A stretch of DNA of 64,000 nucleotides, taken from Chiloscyllium plagiosum. Its lineage: Eukaryota. A program made the position numbers and the translations under genes. The DNA lies in contig NC_057719.1 in the NCBI RefSeq assembly GCF_004010195.1, positions 1,340,195 to 1,404,194 on the forward strand. Direction: 5' to 3'. Of this stretch, positions 48,966-62,062 are shown one piece after another; position 1 is the first letter of the stretch; every line of letters begins with the position of its first letter. The notes below the pieces were generated by a model. The model saw only the letters and a list, made by a program, of their open reading frames with translations, was not told the DNA's origin and did no database searches.

Positions 48966-49706
48966 TATAGCTGATCTGTTGGCTGTAGGATCACCTCTGC
49001 TCACTTGCGTACCAAACAGTTAGGCAACAAGTAGTCCTGTTTGGTAGCTTCACCAGGTTGACACCTCTTCTTCAGGCATGCCTGGTGGTGCTCTAGGCAT
49101 GCCCTTCTGCACTCTCCACTGAACCAGAGTTGATCTCCTGGCTTGATGGTAATGGTTGAGTGGGGGATATGCTGGCCCATAAGGTTACAGATTGTGTTGG
49201 AGTACAATTCTGCTACTGTTGATGGCCCACAGCAACTCGTGGTTGCCCATCCTTGAACTGCTAGATCAGTTTGTCCTATTTAGCACGGTGATAGTGCCAC
49301 CCAACACAGTGAAGGTTATTCTCAATGTGAAGGTGGGACTTCATTACCCCAAGGACTGTGCAGTAGTCACTCTTACCGATACTGTCATGGACAGATGCAT
49401 CTGCAACTGGTATATTGGTAAGGATGGGGTGAAGTATGTTTCTCCCTCTTAGCTCCTTCACCACCTGCTGCAGACCCAGTCTAGCAGCTGTGTCCTTAAG
49501 GACCCGACTGGCTCGATCATTCGTACTAACGCTGAGCCACTCTTGGTGATGGACATTGAAATTCTCCATCCAGAGTACATTTTGTGCCATTGTCACACTC
49601 AATACTTTTAATATGGAGGAGCGCCAATTTCACCAGCTGAGGCCATTGTTCTGTGACCATCTCCACTTACCCCCCTCTCCATTTGATTTCTGAGGATTGC
49701 CCTGAG

Positions 49707-49773
49707 CTACCTTCACTTATCTGAAGCAATCTACCTTCACTTATCTGAAGTGATCTACCTTCACTTATCTGAA
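49707..49773. repeat. 24-bp tandem repeat, about 2.8 copies
   Basis: CTACCTTCACTTATCTGAA at 49707, 49731 and 49755. Confidence 0.9.
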
Positions 49774-49982
49774 ATTCTGTCTCTGAAATCTCCTCCACCT
49801 ATCTCCCTTTTCAAAAAAAAAAGCTTTTTCTTACTTTTCAAACTCACTTTTCCAACTAAACTGTGTCAACTTGCATCTTTATTTATAGACTCACAGAGAT
49901 GTACAGCACAGATATGTTGAGAGATTATGACACAGTCTGGCACAGGTGGGACTTAAACTCAGGTCTTCTATTTCAGGGGTTA

Positions 49983-50277
49983 TTAGATTAGATTCCCTAC
50001 ATTGTGGAAACAGGCCCTTCGGCCCAACCAGTCCACACCAATCCTCCGGAGAGTAACCCACCCAGACCCATTTCCCTCTGACTAATGCACCTAACTAAGG
50101 GCAATTTAGCACGGCCAATTCACCTGCCCTGCACATCTTTGGACTGTGGGAGGAAACCGGAGCACCCGGAGGAAACCCACGCAGACACTGGGAGGATGTG
50201 CAAACTCCACACAGTCACCCGAGGCTGGAATCGAACCAGGGACCCTGGCACTATGAGGCAGCAGTGCTAACTGCTGA
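49983..50277 (-). mobile_element. HE1-like V-SINE
   Basis: A/B boxes, V-domain, TAATC tail. Confidence 0.88.
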
Positions 50278-50647
50278 GATACGGACACTATTACTACACC
50301 ACAACAGCCCTAGTTCTGTACTCTTATTCCCTTTTATTTATTGACTTTCTTAAATCTCTCATTATTTATTGAAGCTAGCTCACCTTCAAGTGAGTCTCCT
50401 TGTTTTGATGTCCTTAAAGCCAAACGTATAAATGTGATGGTGGTAGGTTCAATTCAAGAGACTATTGGGTGATGATTTATAGTATGCAGGATGTTGGGGA
50501 AAAAGGTAGGAGATTGGTACTAAGTAATAAACCACCGCAGAGATGATGGGCCAAGTGTCATCCTGCTCTGAAAGAATTCTGTAATTCTGTGAAGTATTCA
50601 TGTGGATTTGGTTATTCAGCTTTAGCAGCTGTACTTCTATGATCTAT

Positions 50648-50662
50648 CCACCAGATGGCAGC
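50648..50662 (+). promoter_or_regulatory. Candidate CTCF site
   Basis: CCACCAGATGGCAGC matches the CTCF core consensus and lies in non-repetitive intronic sequence. Confidence 0.5.
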
Positions 50663-51241
50663 ATGTATCCATGAATACAAACCCAGTGCTGGAACTGTTG
50701 AGAATGAGATCTTGTCTCTTCTTGCTGATCATGATTGGAGTGCACTGTACGATATTGATTTATAGCCAGTTATGTACTGCTTTGAAGTGTAGTCACTGTT
50801 GTATTTTAAGGGTATTTGCCATATGAATTTGCAAATTAGGAGCAGGAGTGATTGGCCACTAAAAGTCACCATGGTCTAACAGATCATAGGGCTGCTTGCT
50901 CATTAGTTGTGTTTTAACCTGAGGGTCACCACCCTCTGGTGAGGAGAGAGGAAGAAGGAGAGGCCTTTATGGTAACTCCAGCCAGCGTGGGAATTGAACC
51001 TACACTGTCAGCATTATTCTACATTGCAATTCAGTTGTCCTGCTAACTGAGCAAACTGAACCTCCTAGACTCTTAGGGGCCTCTTCAAATTAGGAGCCAT
51101 TTGATTATTGAGCCTGCTCCATTATTCTATAAGATTGTGGATGTCCAGTTGTTTCCGGTTCCACGTTTCCATCCACAACAACCTTCAGTTCTCCTGCCAA
51201 CCACTGCCTTAAATACAATGAGACAGTCTTCACTGCTTTCT

Positions 51242-51511
51242 GAGGCAGCGTGTCAGAGTCCGATCACCTTTCAAAAACAATAAATCCCCTTGGGTCCAGT
51301 GTGGAAGAGAGGCCTTTGTTTTAAAACTGTTTCTGAGAGTTCTGGACTCTCCTGTAAGATGAAACGACCTTTCCAAGAGGCAGCGTGTCAGAGTCCGATC
51401 ACCTTTCAAAAACAATAAATCCCCTTGGGTCCAGTGTGGAAGAGAGGCCTTTGTTTTAAAACTCTTTCTGAGAGTTCTGGACTGTCCTGTAAGATGAAAC
51501 AACCTTTCCAA
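51242..51511. repeat. 135-bp tandem duplication (2 copies) in a degenerate CR1
   Basis: Units start at 51242 and 51377, with about 3 substitutions. Confidence 0.9.
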
Positions 51512-52474
51512 GTCAGGTGGGGTGTTGGGGTGGTGGTGGTGGTTGGACCAGTCTGGAGGGGGTCTGTGTCAGAGGGTTGTCTCAGCCTAGGGTGGGGGAG
51601 AAAGGAAGGAATAGGATGGACCAGGGAGGGAGGTGACTGGACAGGTGGAGGGTCACGTTTTTGAATTTGACTTCTGCCCTTAAGTTTGGATGTTAAAAGT
51701 TCCACCACAGTGTCATTGGGAGATGCACCTGAAGGCTTGTTTATTAATTGTTGCACACAGTTCAGCTCAACGGCAAGGGCTGGAAGGAGAAGTAGGCCTG
51801 ACATTTTTCAGTTTTTACAGTCAACAAAGTGTTATAGATTATAACAGGTCAGTAAAAACCATGAGAAATTCAGGAAGTTTGCAGGGATTTGCAAAGGGTT
51901 GGTTATGTTTGCCGAACCCAGAACTGTTCCCTGAGGAGGCTACCAGGTGCTGTCAGGATGGCTGAGGGAGGATGTCATATATGGAGTTTTATTGACCGAC
52001 TGGACTATCAGGCTGTTCTCTCATTAGAGAGACATGATTGGTAGTGATTTAACCTGAAGCTGACTCCAGCTTGGGTGAGGGAAGAGATTGAGAAGGTGGT
52101 ATCCTGAGCCAGTTCAGCAATCGAACCTGTGGTGTTGGTGTCACAAACCAGCCATCCAGTCACCTGAGCTAAACCTCCTTAAGCTCCTTTATTTAACTTC
52201 CTCTTCGATATGTCTCTTTACCTTAAACTGTCCTTGAGTTCCACACTCTTAACACAGTCTCTCTGCAAAAATGTTTCTTCTGAATTCACTATAAGATTTT
52301 ACACTTTTAGAAAAAATGCAGGAAATATTTTGACCATAAGACGAGCAGAAGTGGGGCCATTCAGCCCATTGAGTCTGTTCCACCTTTCAGTGAGATCATG
52401 CCTGATCCTCAACTCCCTGTTCTTGCATTTATAAGTCTTAGTGGTAGGACATGGGGAAGGAATATTGAACTGAG

Positions 52475-53110
52475 AATATCACTAGAGCAGTAATTCAGAG
52501 GCCCAGGCTAATGCTCTGAGGCGATGGGTTCAAATCTCATCACAGCAACTGGTAGAATTTACATTAATAAATGCTGGAATTGAAAACTAGTCGCATTAAT
52601 AGAACAAAGAACAAAGAAAATTTACAGGCCAGGAACAGGCCCTCCCTCCAAGCCTGAGCCTGTACACAGTATTCTAAATGCGGCCGAACCAATGTCCTGC
52701 CGGCTCTTATACTCAATACCCCGTCCAATGAAGGTAAACATACCATGTGCCTTCTTAACCACTCTATCCACCTGTGGTAGCCACCTTCAGGGTACAATGT
52801 ACCTGCTCTCCAAGATCTCTCTGCTCATCAACTTTTCCCAAGGCTCTTCCATTTATAGTATAATGTAAAGGGTGGCCTTCAAACCAACATAACCATCCTA
52901 AAGCAAACTCTGGTCCTCCGCTTTTCTTGAGGGAAGGAAATCTGCTGTCCTGACCCGGTCTGGCCCGTGTGCTTTCAGATCTGTAGAAATGTGATTCTGA
53001 ACTGCCCTCTGAAATGGCTGAGCAAGCCTCTCAGTTTAAGGCCAATTCGAGATGGGAATCAAATACTGACTTTGCCACTGGCACCCATCTCCATGAAAGA
53101 GAATGGAAAA
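52475..53110 (+). mobile_element. Deu-type SINE split by a deleted CR1 3' piece (52598-52865, -)
   Basis: GGGTTCAAATC B box, core GGGAAGGAAATCTGC after the insertion. Confidence 0.6.
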
Positions 53111-53424
53111 AAATATCGGGAGAACATTTATTGAAAGTGGGAAAGGAAGGTGGCAAGGGGTCGTCGTTATTTCCATTGGTGAGCAAATCAATGTTGAAAG
53201 CTGCAGAATAAATCCCAGGGATGTAATGGGTCAGATTAGGGAAGCAGTTTTCACCCTGAAAGTGATTGAAGCACTTTGTCATCATTCACATGAGAATATG
53301 TACCATACTGAAGACCTGATACTCCCAGGGTAATCATAAAGTTATACATTTAGTAAGTTGCTCAAAGCTCCCTGTGTTTTCTGTCTGATAGACTCAGGTT
53401 AATAGAAAACCATGACCAGGTTTC

Positions 53425-53636
53425 CATTTTTAAAAATTCTGAAAGAACTACAGATGCTAGAGATTGCTAGGAAAGCTCAGCAGGTCTGGCAGCATCTGTG
53501 AAGATAAATCCAAGTTAAATTTCAGGTCCAGTGACTCTTCCTCAGAACAGTTCTGAGGTCTCGAAATGTTAACTCCGATTTCTCTTCACAGATTCTGCCA
53601 GACCTACTGAGCTTTTCCTGCAATCTCTTGTTTATG
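53425..53636. mobile_element. Older palindromic mini-PLE, 11-bp TSD
   Basis: GACCAGGTTTC at 53414-53424 and 53637-53647. Inverted arms at about 53460-53550 and 53552-53628. Confidence 0.7.
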
Positions 53637-53760
53637 GACCAGGTTTCTACACTCAATGGGTTAATATTTATTGCAAATAAATCAATTCTAACCACAGGCA
53701 AACAAAGCTAAGAATTGTCAATGTATAATTATGCCAGGCTCACTGAAGCTCAATTTCTTG

Positions 53761-54072
53761 GGGTGGCACATTGGCTCAGTGGTTAGCACTGCAGCCTCAC
53801 AGCGCCCAGGACCCAGGTTCGATTCCATCCACGGGTGACTGTCTGTGTGCACATTCTCCCTGTATCTGTGTGGGTTTCCTCCGGGTGCTCCGATTCCTCC
53901 CACAGTGCAAAGATGTGCAGGGCAGGTGAATTGGCCATGCTAGATTGCCCATCGTGTTAGGTGCATTAGTCAGAGGGAAATGGGTCTGGATGGGTTACTC
54001 TTCGGAGGGTCGGTGTGGACCTGTTGGGCCAAAGAGCCTGTTTCTACACTGTAGGTAATCTAATCTAATCTT
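53761..54072 (+). mobile_element. HE1-like V-SINE
   Basis: A box TGGCTCAGTGG, B box GGTTCGATTCC, TAATC tail. Confidence 0.88.
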
Positions 54073-54389
54073 AAAAAAACCTCTACTAGTTGAAACTCCA
54101 ACCGCCTGCTTAAACCCTGACACAGCCAGAGGTACACACGCACATGCAGGGTTCACCCTGTATCCTGACGCAAGTTGATTCCATCATGACTGCTGCAGAA
54201 ACTAACCATTTGTCGGATGTACGTTGACTGACAAATTTGCTGCTGCCTTTTAGGAAATGATGCTTCCCGTAGCCTTGGAGTGTAGTGTGAATGCAAGTCA
54301 TTAACTTCACAACCTATTGGAGGGAGAGAGAATGATTTACTCAAACCAGTTGCTGTGGTATTTGACTTGAGATGATTCAGTATATCACA

Positions 54390-55160
54390 TTTGAGATAAA
54401 CGTGAGGTGCTGCATCTTGGTAAGGCAACCAGGGCAGGATTTATACACTTAATGGTAGGGTCCGGGGTAGTGTTGTCGAACAAAGAGACCTTGGGGTGCA
54501 AGTGCACAGTTCCTTGAAAGTGGAGTCACAGGGAGACAGGGCGATAAAGGTGGTGTTTGGTACATTGGTCTTTAATGGACAGAGCATTGAGTATAGGAGT
54601 TGATAGGTCATATTGTGGCTGCACAGGGCATTGCTTAGGGCATTGTTGGAATATTGTGTGCAATTCTGGTCTTCGTGCTATAGGAAGGTTGTAGTGAAAC
54701 TTGAAATAGTGCAGAAAAGATGTGCAAGGATCTTGTCAGAGTTGGAGGGTTCGAGCTATTAGGAGAGGCTGAATAGGCTAGGGCTATTTTCCCTGGAGCG
54801 TCAGAGGTTAAGGGGTGACATTATAGAGGTTTATAAAATCATGAGGGGCATGGATTGGGTAAAAAGACGACAAGGTATTTTCTCCAGGGTGGGTGAGAGG
54901 AGAAAGATTTAAAAAGAATCTGAGGGCTACCTTTTCACTCAGAGGGTGGTATGTGTATGGAATGAGCTGCCAGAGGAAGTGGTGGAGGCTGATACAATTA
55001 CAGCATTTCAAAGGCACCTGGATGGGTATATGAATAGGAAGGGTTTAGAGGGATATGGGCTGGGTGCTGGCAAATGGGACCAGATGAATTTAGGATATTT
55101 GGTCAGCATGGCGAGTTGGACTGAAGGGTCGGTTTCCGTGCTATGCGACTCCATAACTCT
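54390..55160 (+). mobile_element. CR1 3' fragment
   Basis: VCVWNELPEEVV...RHLDGYM. Confidence 0.85.
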
Positions 55161-55261
55161 GAGAGCACCGTATCTCCTTTCTCACCCTCTTGATCCAAAG
55201 ATTAAAGGATGAGTACTCCTTGGTTATGTTTGATTTAAGACAGTTGAATAGGATAGATTTG

Positions 55262-55571
55262 TTGCCTCATCGGTCAGGGACCAAGGTTTGATTTTACCCA
55301 CTGGCAAGTGTCTGTGTAAAGTTTACACATTATCTGTTTGTCTGCGTGGGTTTCCTCCGGGTTCTCCAGTTTCCTCCCACAGTCCAAAGATATGCAGGTT
55401 AGGTGGCCATGCTAAATTGTAGTGTGGTGTCCAGAGCTGTGTGCAGGCTAGGTGGATTAACAATGGGTTATGGGACAGGGTGGGGAGTGGGTCCGGATGG
55501 GATGCTCTCTCCAGAGGCGAGGTATACATTTGATAGGCCGTGCATTTTTTTTCTGCACTTTAGGGATTCTG
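55262..55571 (+). mobile_element. Degenerate HE1-like V-SINE
   Basis: V-domain GTGGGTTTCTCCGGGTTCTCCAGTTTCCTCCCACAGTCCAAAGA. Confidence 0.7.
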
Positions 55572-56844
55572 TGGTCGAAGTGAATAAGCAGTCCTTTGGT
55601 AGTATAGATTTTGTCTCTCTTTTTAGTAGTACTCATGCTGTTGTCTTGTATACTTCTGAACAAATTGTAGGCTTCCCAAGCTGATTGGGTTATATTTCAC
55701 ACTAAAGGACCCAGAGCATGTCCAGCTGTCCTGTTCTACATGGTCCTGTGGTTGGGCAGTACCTGTTGATCAATCCCAAGTACACTAATAGCAACACCAC
55801 TCATCCACTGGGGATTGTGAACCAGCCATATTGTGACTTTAAGCTTGCTAGAAGTAATATCCAATCATATGCAGGGACCCAATCTCTACAGACAAGAGGA
55901 ATATTACAAGTCTTGTATTTTTCTCGAATTACCCAGCGGCCTTTCATTCTCTTGCTTTCTCCATGGCATTGATCTGTCAGAGACAGCTTGCCAAATAACC
56001 AACGCTCTGTCTCCTGTAGTCTAAATTGTTGTGATGTTTGGAGTTTGGCAATCTTGTGTTTGTCCTGATGAGGGCAAAATGAAAGGCTTCAGCAACACAT
56101 CTCTCTTTAAGTGAACATGTCTGTGCCGTTGTTGCCATTGACTTGTCTGTCCCACAGTGCCTTGAGATGGTGCCAGTGAGCTGCTGCCTTCAGCCACTAC
56201 ATTCCATGTTGCTTGTGGGGTTGACAATGGCTGAGCGCTAGTTATTAGTTAGCCAGGTTGGGTAGGGGGATTGGAGTTACACTTAAACCCAGGCCAGAGA
56301 AGGAGGCACGTTTCCTGACCTCAAGGACGTCAGTGAACCAGTTGAGTGTTATGACAATCTAGTAGCTTCACAGTCGCTTTTACTGAGACCAATCTTTTGA
56401 GATTCTTTGAAATGGATTCACATTTCTCAAAGCAAAGGTGGAGATATGAAATAGACACAGGAAGTGCTGCAGAGCCTCAGCAGATCTGGCAGCATCTGTG
56501 GGGAGAGGAACAGAGTTAACGTTTCAAGCCCAGCTCCTGGGGTCAGAGTTATGCTGTCTGGTTGTTTCCTGTGATGTTATGTTGGCAGTGTTGGTACCAT
56601 GTGAACTTTGGCTGTGCAGAGAATCTGCGTCTCTCTTCTACTTCAACTGTACCTATTCCAAAAGCATTCACCAACGACTTCACACTGCTTAGTCTTCTTT
56701 CCTGCCATTGGTCTTTTTGTTTATCTTATGTGTAGGTTTGTGAATTGAAATTTGTGTTTTGGCATTGACAGCAGGTTTGGCCATGTTGCATTGGCTTCCT
56801 GACGTAAGCTCAATGTTGGACATCGTTCAAAGTCCTCATCTTGT

Positions 56845-58530
56845 TTTTAAAATTTTCCCCTCTCACCTTAAACCTATGCCCTGTAGCTTTGGACTCCCCT
56901 ATGCCCTTTGGTTTTGGACCCCCCCCCCCCCCCACCTAACCTGGGGAAAAGACCTTGGCTATTAACCAGATCAATGCCCCTCATGATTTTATAGAAATTT
57001 GAAGTGAGTGAGTAAAGGTCTGGCAGATGGAGCATAATGTTAATAAATGTGAAGTCATCCATTTTGGTCAGAATAACAATAAAAATGACGACTATTGGAA
57101 TGGTAAAAAATGCAGCATGCCCCTGTGTAGAGGGACGTGCGTGTCCTTTGTGTATGAATCACAGAAGGAGATCTGCAAGTGCAGCAGGTGTTGTGTTGTG
57201 TCACTGTAGTCTTACCAGATCACCGGGGCTGCTCTCTCATTAGAGAGAGAAGGGGTTGGTGGTGATTTAACCGGAGGGCCACCAGACTTCAGGCGATGGA
57301 AGAAGTTAAGAAGAAGTGTCCTTCATGGTAACCTCAAACCAGTGATGGGAATTGGCTCCACGCTGATGGCATCACACTGCTCTGTAAACTAACAATCCAG
57401 CAAACTAAACTAAACCGATTGGTAATTAAGTAGGCAAATGGAATTTTGTCCTTCGTTGCTGAAGGGATTGAGTTTAAAAGCAGGGAGGTTATGTTACAGC
57501 TGTACAGGGCGCTGGTGAGGCCACACCTGGAGTACTGTGCAGTTTTGGTCTCCTTACTTGAGAAAGGATGTCCTGGCCCGGGAGGGGGTGCAGAGGAGGG
57601 TCACTGGGTTGGTTCTGGAAGTTGAGGGGGTTGGCTTATGAGGAGAGACTGCGTAGACTGGGATTATATTCATTGGAATTCAGAAGAATGAGGGGGAATG
57701 TTGTAGAAACGTGGAAGATTATGAAGGGAATAGATGAGATAGAAATAGAGAGGATGTTTCCACTGGAGAGTGAAACTAGGACAAGAGGGCACAGCCTCAA
57801 AGTTAGGGGGAGCAGGTTTAGGACTGAATTGAGGAGGAACGTCTTTACCCAGAGGGTGTAAATCTATGGAATTCCCTGCCCAGTGAAGTAGTTGAGGCTA
57901 CCTCATTGAATGTTTTTAAAGTTGAGATAGATAATTTTTTGAATACTAAGGGAATTAAGGGTTACGGTGACAGTGCAGTAAGTGGAGCTGAGTCCATGAA
58001 AAGATCAGCCAAGATCTTATTGAGTGGTGGAGCAGGCTCGAACAGCCGAATGGCCTACTCCTGCTCCTAACTCTTATGTTCTTATAAACCTCTATAAGAT
58101 CACCCCTCACCCCTCTCTCCAGGGAAAACAGCCCCAGCCTGTTCAGCCTCTCCCTATAGCTCAAACCCTCCAACCCTGGCAACATCCTTTATAAATCTTT
58201 TCTGCACCCTTTCAAGTTTTGCAACATCCTTCCTATTGCACGGAGACCAGAAATGCATGCAGTATTCCAAAAGTGGCCTAACCAATGTCCAGTATAGCTG
58301 CAACATGACTTCCCAACTTCTGTACTCAATGCACTGACCAGTAAAGGCAAGCATTCCAAATGCTGCCTTCACTATCCTATCTACCTGTGACTCCACTTAC
58401 AAGGAGCTATGAACCTGCACTGCAAGGTCTCTTTAATCAGCAACACTCCCCAGAACCTTACCATTAAGTGTGTCGGTCCTCTTCTGATTTGCTTTTCCAA
58501 AATGCAGCTACTCACATTTATCTAAATTAA
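56845..58530. mobile_element. Cluster of CR1 fragments (56845-56995 -, 57000-58082 +, 58083-58530 -), probably one CR1 nested in another
   Basis: YEERLRRLGLYSLEFRRMRG (+), LVRPLLEYCMHFWSP (-). Confidence 0.8.
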
Positions 58531-60370
58531 ATAGGGACTATCTGTATCTGCACCCTGTCAAAATCTAAGAATTTTGTAATCTTCAATCATCTTTACTCAT
58601 TCTTCAAAACTCTGTGGAATACAGTTCCAGCCTTTACAATCTCTCCTTGCAAGACAGTCCTGGCGCTGATCTGGTGAACCTTCATGCACACTCTCCCTAA
58701 CAAGAATATCCTTCCTTCAATTACGAAACCAAAACCAAGACTAAAACTATGTTCTCCAGAGATTTGGAGGGAAAGGTGCGAGAAAGGTTAGATGGGTTCA
58801 GTGCTGGAGGGATGGTTAGTGCTGGTTATCGTCCGGGGGTACAGGCAGTGACTCAGTCTGACAAAGAAGTGCATCACATCATTGATCCCGTGTGCAGTAC
58901 ATGGCTGTTGTGTAATGCAGGAGCGGATTCTGCAGGAAGTGATCATGTGGTTTGCTGTTGATATTTGTAAATGCTGAAATTAAAGTGTTACAGACTTGGC
59001 ACCTGCCTCACTGGCAGCACACGGTGTTAACTTGCCTCACCATGAGGTAATGTTGCTGGATTTACAATGATTCACAAACACCACTGAGGGTGTTGATTTC
59101 CTCACTGTTAATGAATTGATCATGCCAGCACTGATGTCATCGAATTTAATATTTAGACATGAATAAACAAAACAAAAATCCGTCTGTGAGGGATCAGTAT
59201 CCATGCTTGAAGTTACTTCCTCAGTGTAGCCTGGGTCTCAGACAAGTAGGTTTCTGTTCTGTATTTATTGACCAGCTCACCCTACAGACACACTTCCTAT
59301 AAGCCAGTTGGATGGTGTGGTTTGTTAGCGCAGACAGTTGTGTGTTGTCCACTGATACTGTTGCAGATGTCTGAGTCAGCAAGTCATGGCTTTGACTGCC
59401 ACTTCAGACTCTTGAGTACACAATTCAGGCTGATATTCTCAATGCTTTCCTGCATATTGCAGCACTCTTGGAAAGAGCCACCTTTTGGATCAGACAAAAT
59501 CTTGTCTTACTCCCTGGATGGTTGTAAAAGATATCACAGAGAACATGAGAGTGTTCTCCCCAGTGTTGTTGGCCTATATAATGACCAAAACCAGCATTAC
59601 TGAAAGCAGCTTACCCGGTCAGTGCCACACATGACAGCAACGTAACATCAAACATGCATCCTAAATGTAACATCTAAAGTGCTTTGTCTGAAAATAATAA
59701 AGCAGGTATAATACTAAACCACATGGTTATGAGGGTAAATGACCAAAAGCTCAGTCAAAGAGGTGAGTTTTAAGTTGTGTTTGTAAAGGAAGGCGGTGAG
59801 ATGGAGAGGCAGGAGGGGTCAGGGTAGGAATTCCAAAATTACTATATTCAGGTGAAGGCGTTGCATGATGTAGACCAAACTGGGCTCCATCCTCGTGTAC
59901 ATTGCCTTGTCCCAGTTTCTCTATGATAATATGCTGCTGGTGTTGTCTAGTACTCTGATCTCAGAACACAATCCCAGACAATTCTTCAAATTGGATTAGG
60001 GTGAATCGTAGTTACAGTTGAAATATGGACTAGGCAAGAACTGAAAAAGCAGTAGGACTGAAGGGTGAAGTTGTAATGCTTAAGAAAGAAAGGATTTACA
60101 TTGTTTCTTTCCTGCCAGGTTGCCAGGTTTCCGGGTGTCCCCACCCATTTTGTGACCTTCTGGCACTTGTTGAAATGTAGTCTCGGTGTAATGTGGGAAG
60201 TCTGACAACCAAATTGCTCATAGCAAGCTCCCACAAATACTGGGAAGCGAATGAGCAAATGGCAAATCTGTTTTAGTAATGTTGTTTGAGGGATAGGTGT
60301 TGACAGGGAGTGAGTGAATTAGGACAGTAAAACCCAGCCAATTTTCCTGTTCCCATCTGGGGACACACTC

Positions 60371-61165
60371 ATAGAACATAAAACAATACAGCACAGAACA
60401 GGCCCTTCGGCCCTCGATGTTGCGCCGACCTGTGAACTATTCTCAGCTCGTCCCCCTACACTATCCCAAAATCATCCATGTGCTTATCTAAGGATTGTTT
60501 AAAATTTCCCTATTGCGACTGAGTTGACTACATTAGCAGGTAGGGCATTCCATGCCCTTACCACTCTCTGCGTAAAGAACCTGCCTCTGACATCTGTCTT
60601 AAAGCTATCACCCCTCAATTTGTAGTTATGCCCCCTCGTACATGCTGACATCATCATCCTAGGAAAAAGACTTTCACTGTCTATCCTATCTAATCCTCTG
60701 ATCATCTTGTATGTCTCTATCAAATCCCCCCTTAGCCTTCTTCTCTCCAATGAAAACAGACCCAAGTCTCTCAGTCTTTCCTCATAAGACCTTCCCTCCA
60801 GACCAGGCAACATCCTGGTAAATCTCCTCTGCACCTTTTCCAATGCTTCCACATCCTTCCCAAAATATGGCAACCAGAACTGTACACAATATTCCAAGTG
60901 TGGCTGCACCAGTATTTTGTATAGTTACAGCTTGGTACGGTGGCTCTGGAACTCAATCCCTCTACCAATTAACATACTGTATGCCTTCTTAACAGCACTA
61001 TCCACCTGGGTGGCAACTTTCAGGGATCTATGCATATGGATTCCAAGATCCCTCTGCACATCCACACTACTAAAAATCTTTCCATTGATCCAGTATTCTG
61101 CCTTCCTGTTATTCTTCCCAAAGTGCATCACCTCACATTTAGCTGCATTGAACTCCATTTGCCAC
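60371..61165 (-). mobile_element. CR1 3' fragment, same subfamily as 1-3015
   Basis: High nucleotide similarity to 2245-3015. Confidence 0.93.
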
Positions 61166-62010
61166 AACCAGGGCACAAACAGTGCATCTTCTCACGAGGA
61201 AGGGAATGGAGTGGTCAGTAGACTGTACTCCTGGAAACTTGAGTGCTTGGTGTGTAATGGTGCAGTGATAACAATCTCTCCCTCACTGTCAGCAAAACTA
61301 AAGAACGGATCATCAACTTCAGGAAGCAAGGAAGAAGGCACAGCCCGATCCAAATCAACGGAGCTGAGATGGAGATGGTCAAGAGTGTCAAGTTCCTAGG
61401 AGTGACGATCACCAACAATCTGTCCTTGATAACCCATGTTGATGTGATGGTCAAGAAGGCTCAGGAGGCAAAGGAAATTCAGCGGGTCTGTAAGGACAAC
61501 CACAAACTTTAACAGATGCTCCATAAAAAAGCATTCTATCTGGATGCATCACAGCTTAGTACGGCAACTGCTCTGCCCAGGACCATAACAAACTACAGAG
61601 AATTGTGGACACAGCCCAGACCATCACACAAACCAACCTTCCTTCCATTGACTCCGTCTATACTTCTTGATTCTGCAGAAAGATAGCTAATATCGTCAAC
61701 ACCCCTCCCACACTGGTTTTAATCTCTTCTAACCTCTTCTGTTGGGCAGAAGATACAAACGCTTAAACACACACACCAACAGATTGAAGAACAGCTTCTT
61801 CCCTGCTGTTGTTAGACTGCTGAATGGGCCTCTCAGATTTCAAATTGAATGTTGATCTTACTTTTTGTACACCTTTTTTCCAGCTGTAACCTTATATTCC
61901 TCGCTACGTTCAATCCCCCTATGATCTTTCTATGTTATGATCTACTTGTATTGCACATAAAACAAAACTTTTCACTGTACTTAAGTACATGTAATGATAA
62001 ATCAAATTGA
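61166..62010 (+). mobile_element. Rex1/Babar-like LINE 3' fragment
   Basis: Similar to the reverse complement of 23960-24260 and 21352-21600. Ends CACTGTAC...GATAAATCAAATT. Confidence 0.75.
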
Positions 62011-62062
62011 GTCATATGGGGTGCCTGAAAGCTAGTTTGAGGTGATGAGATGTGGCTTTTCC

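Larger units (their letters stand above)
46472..49620 (-). mobile_element. L2/CR1-group LINE, fragmented EN-RT, with nested CR1, SINE and PLE
   Basis: WKIAQVFPVHK...NYCPISLLSIINKVME...QFGF, WMENFNVHHQEWL. Confidence 0.85.
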
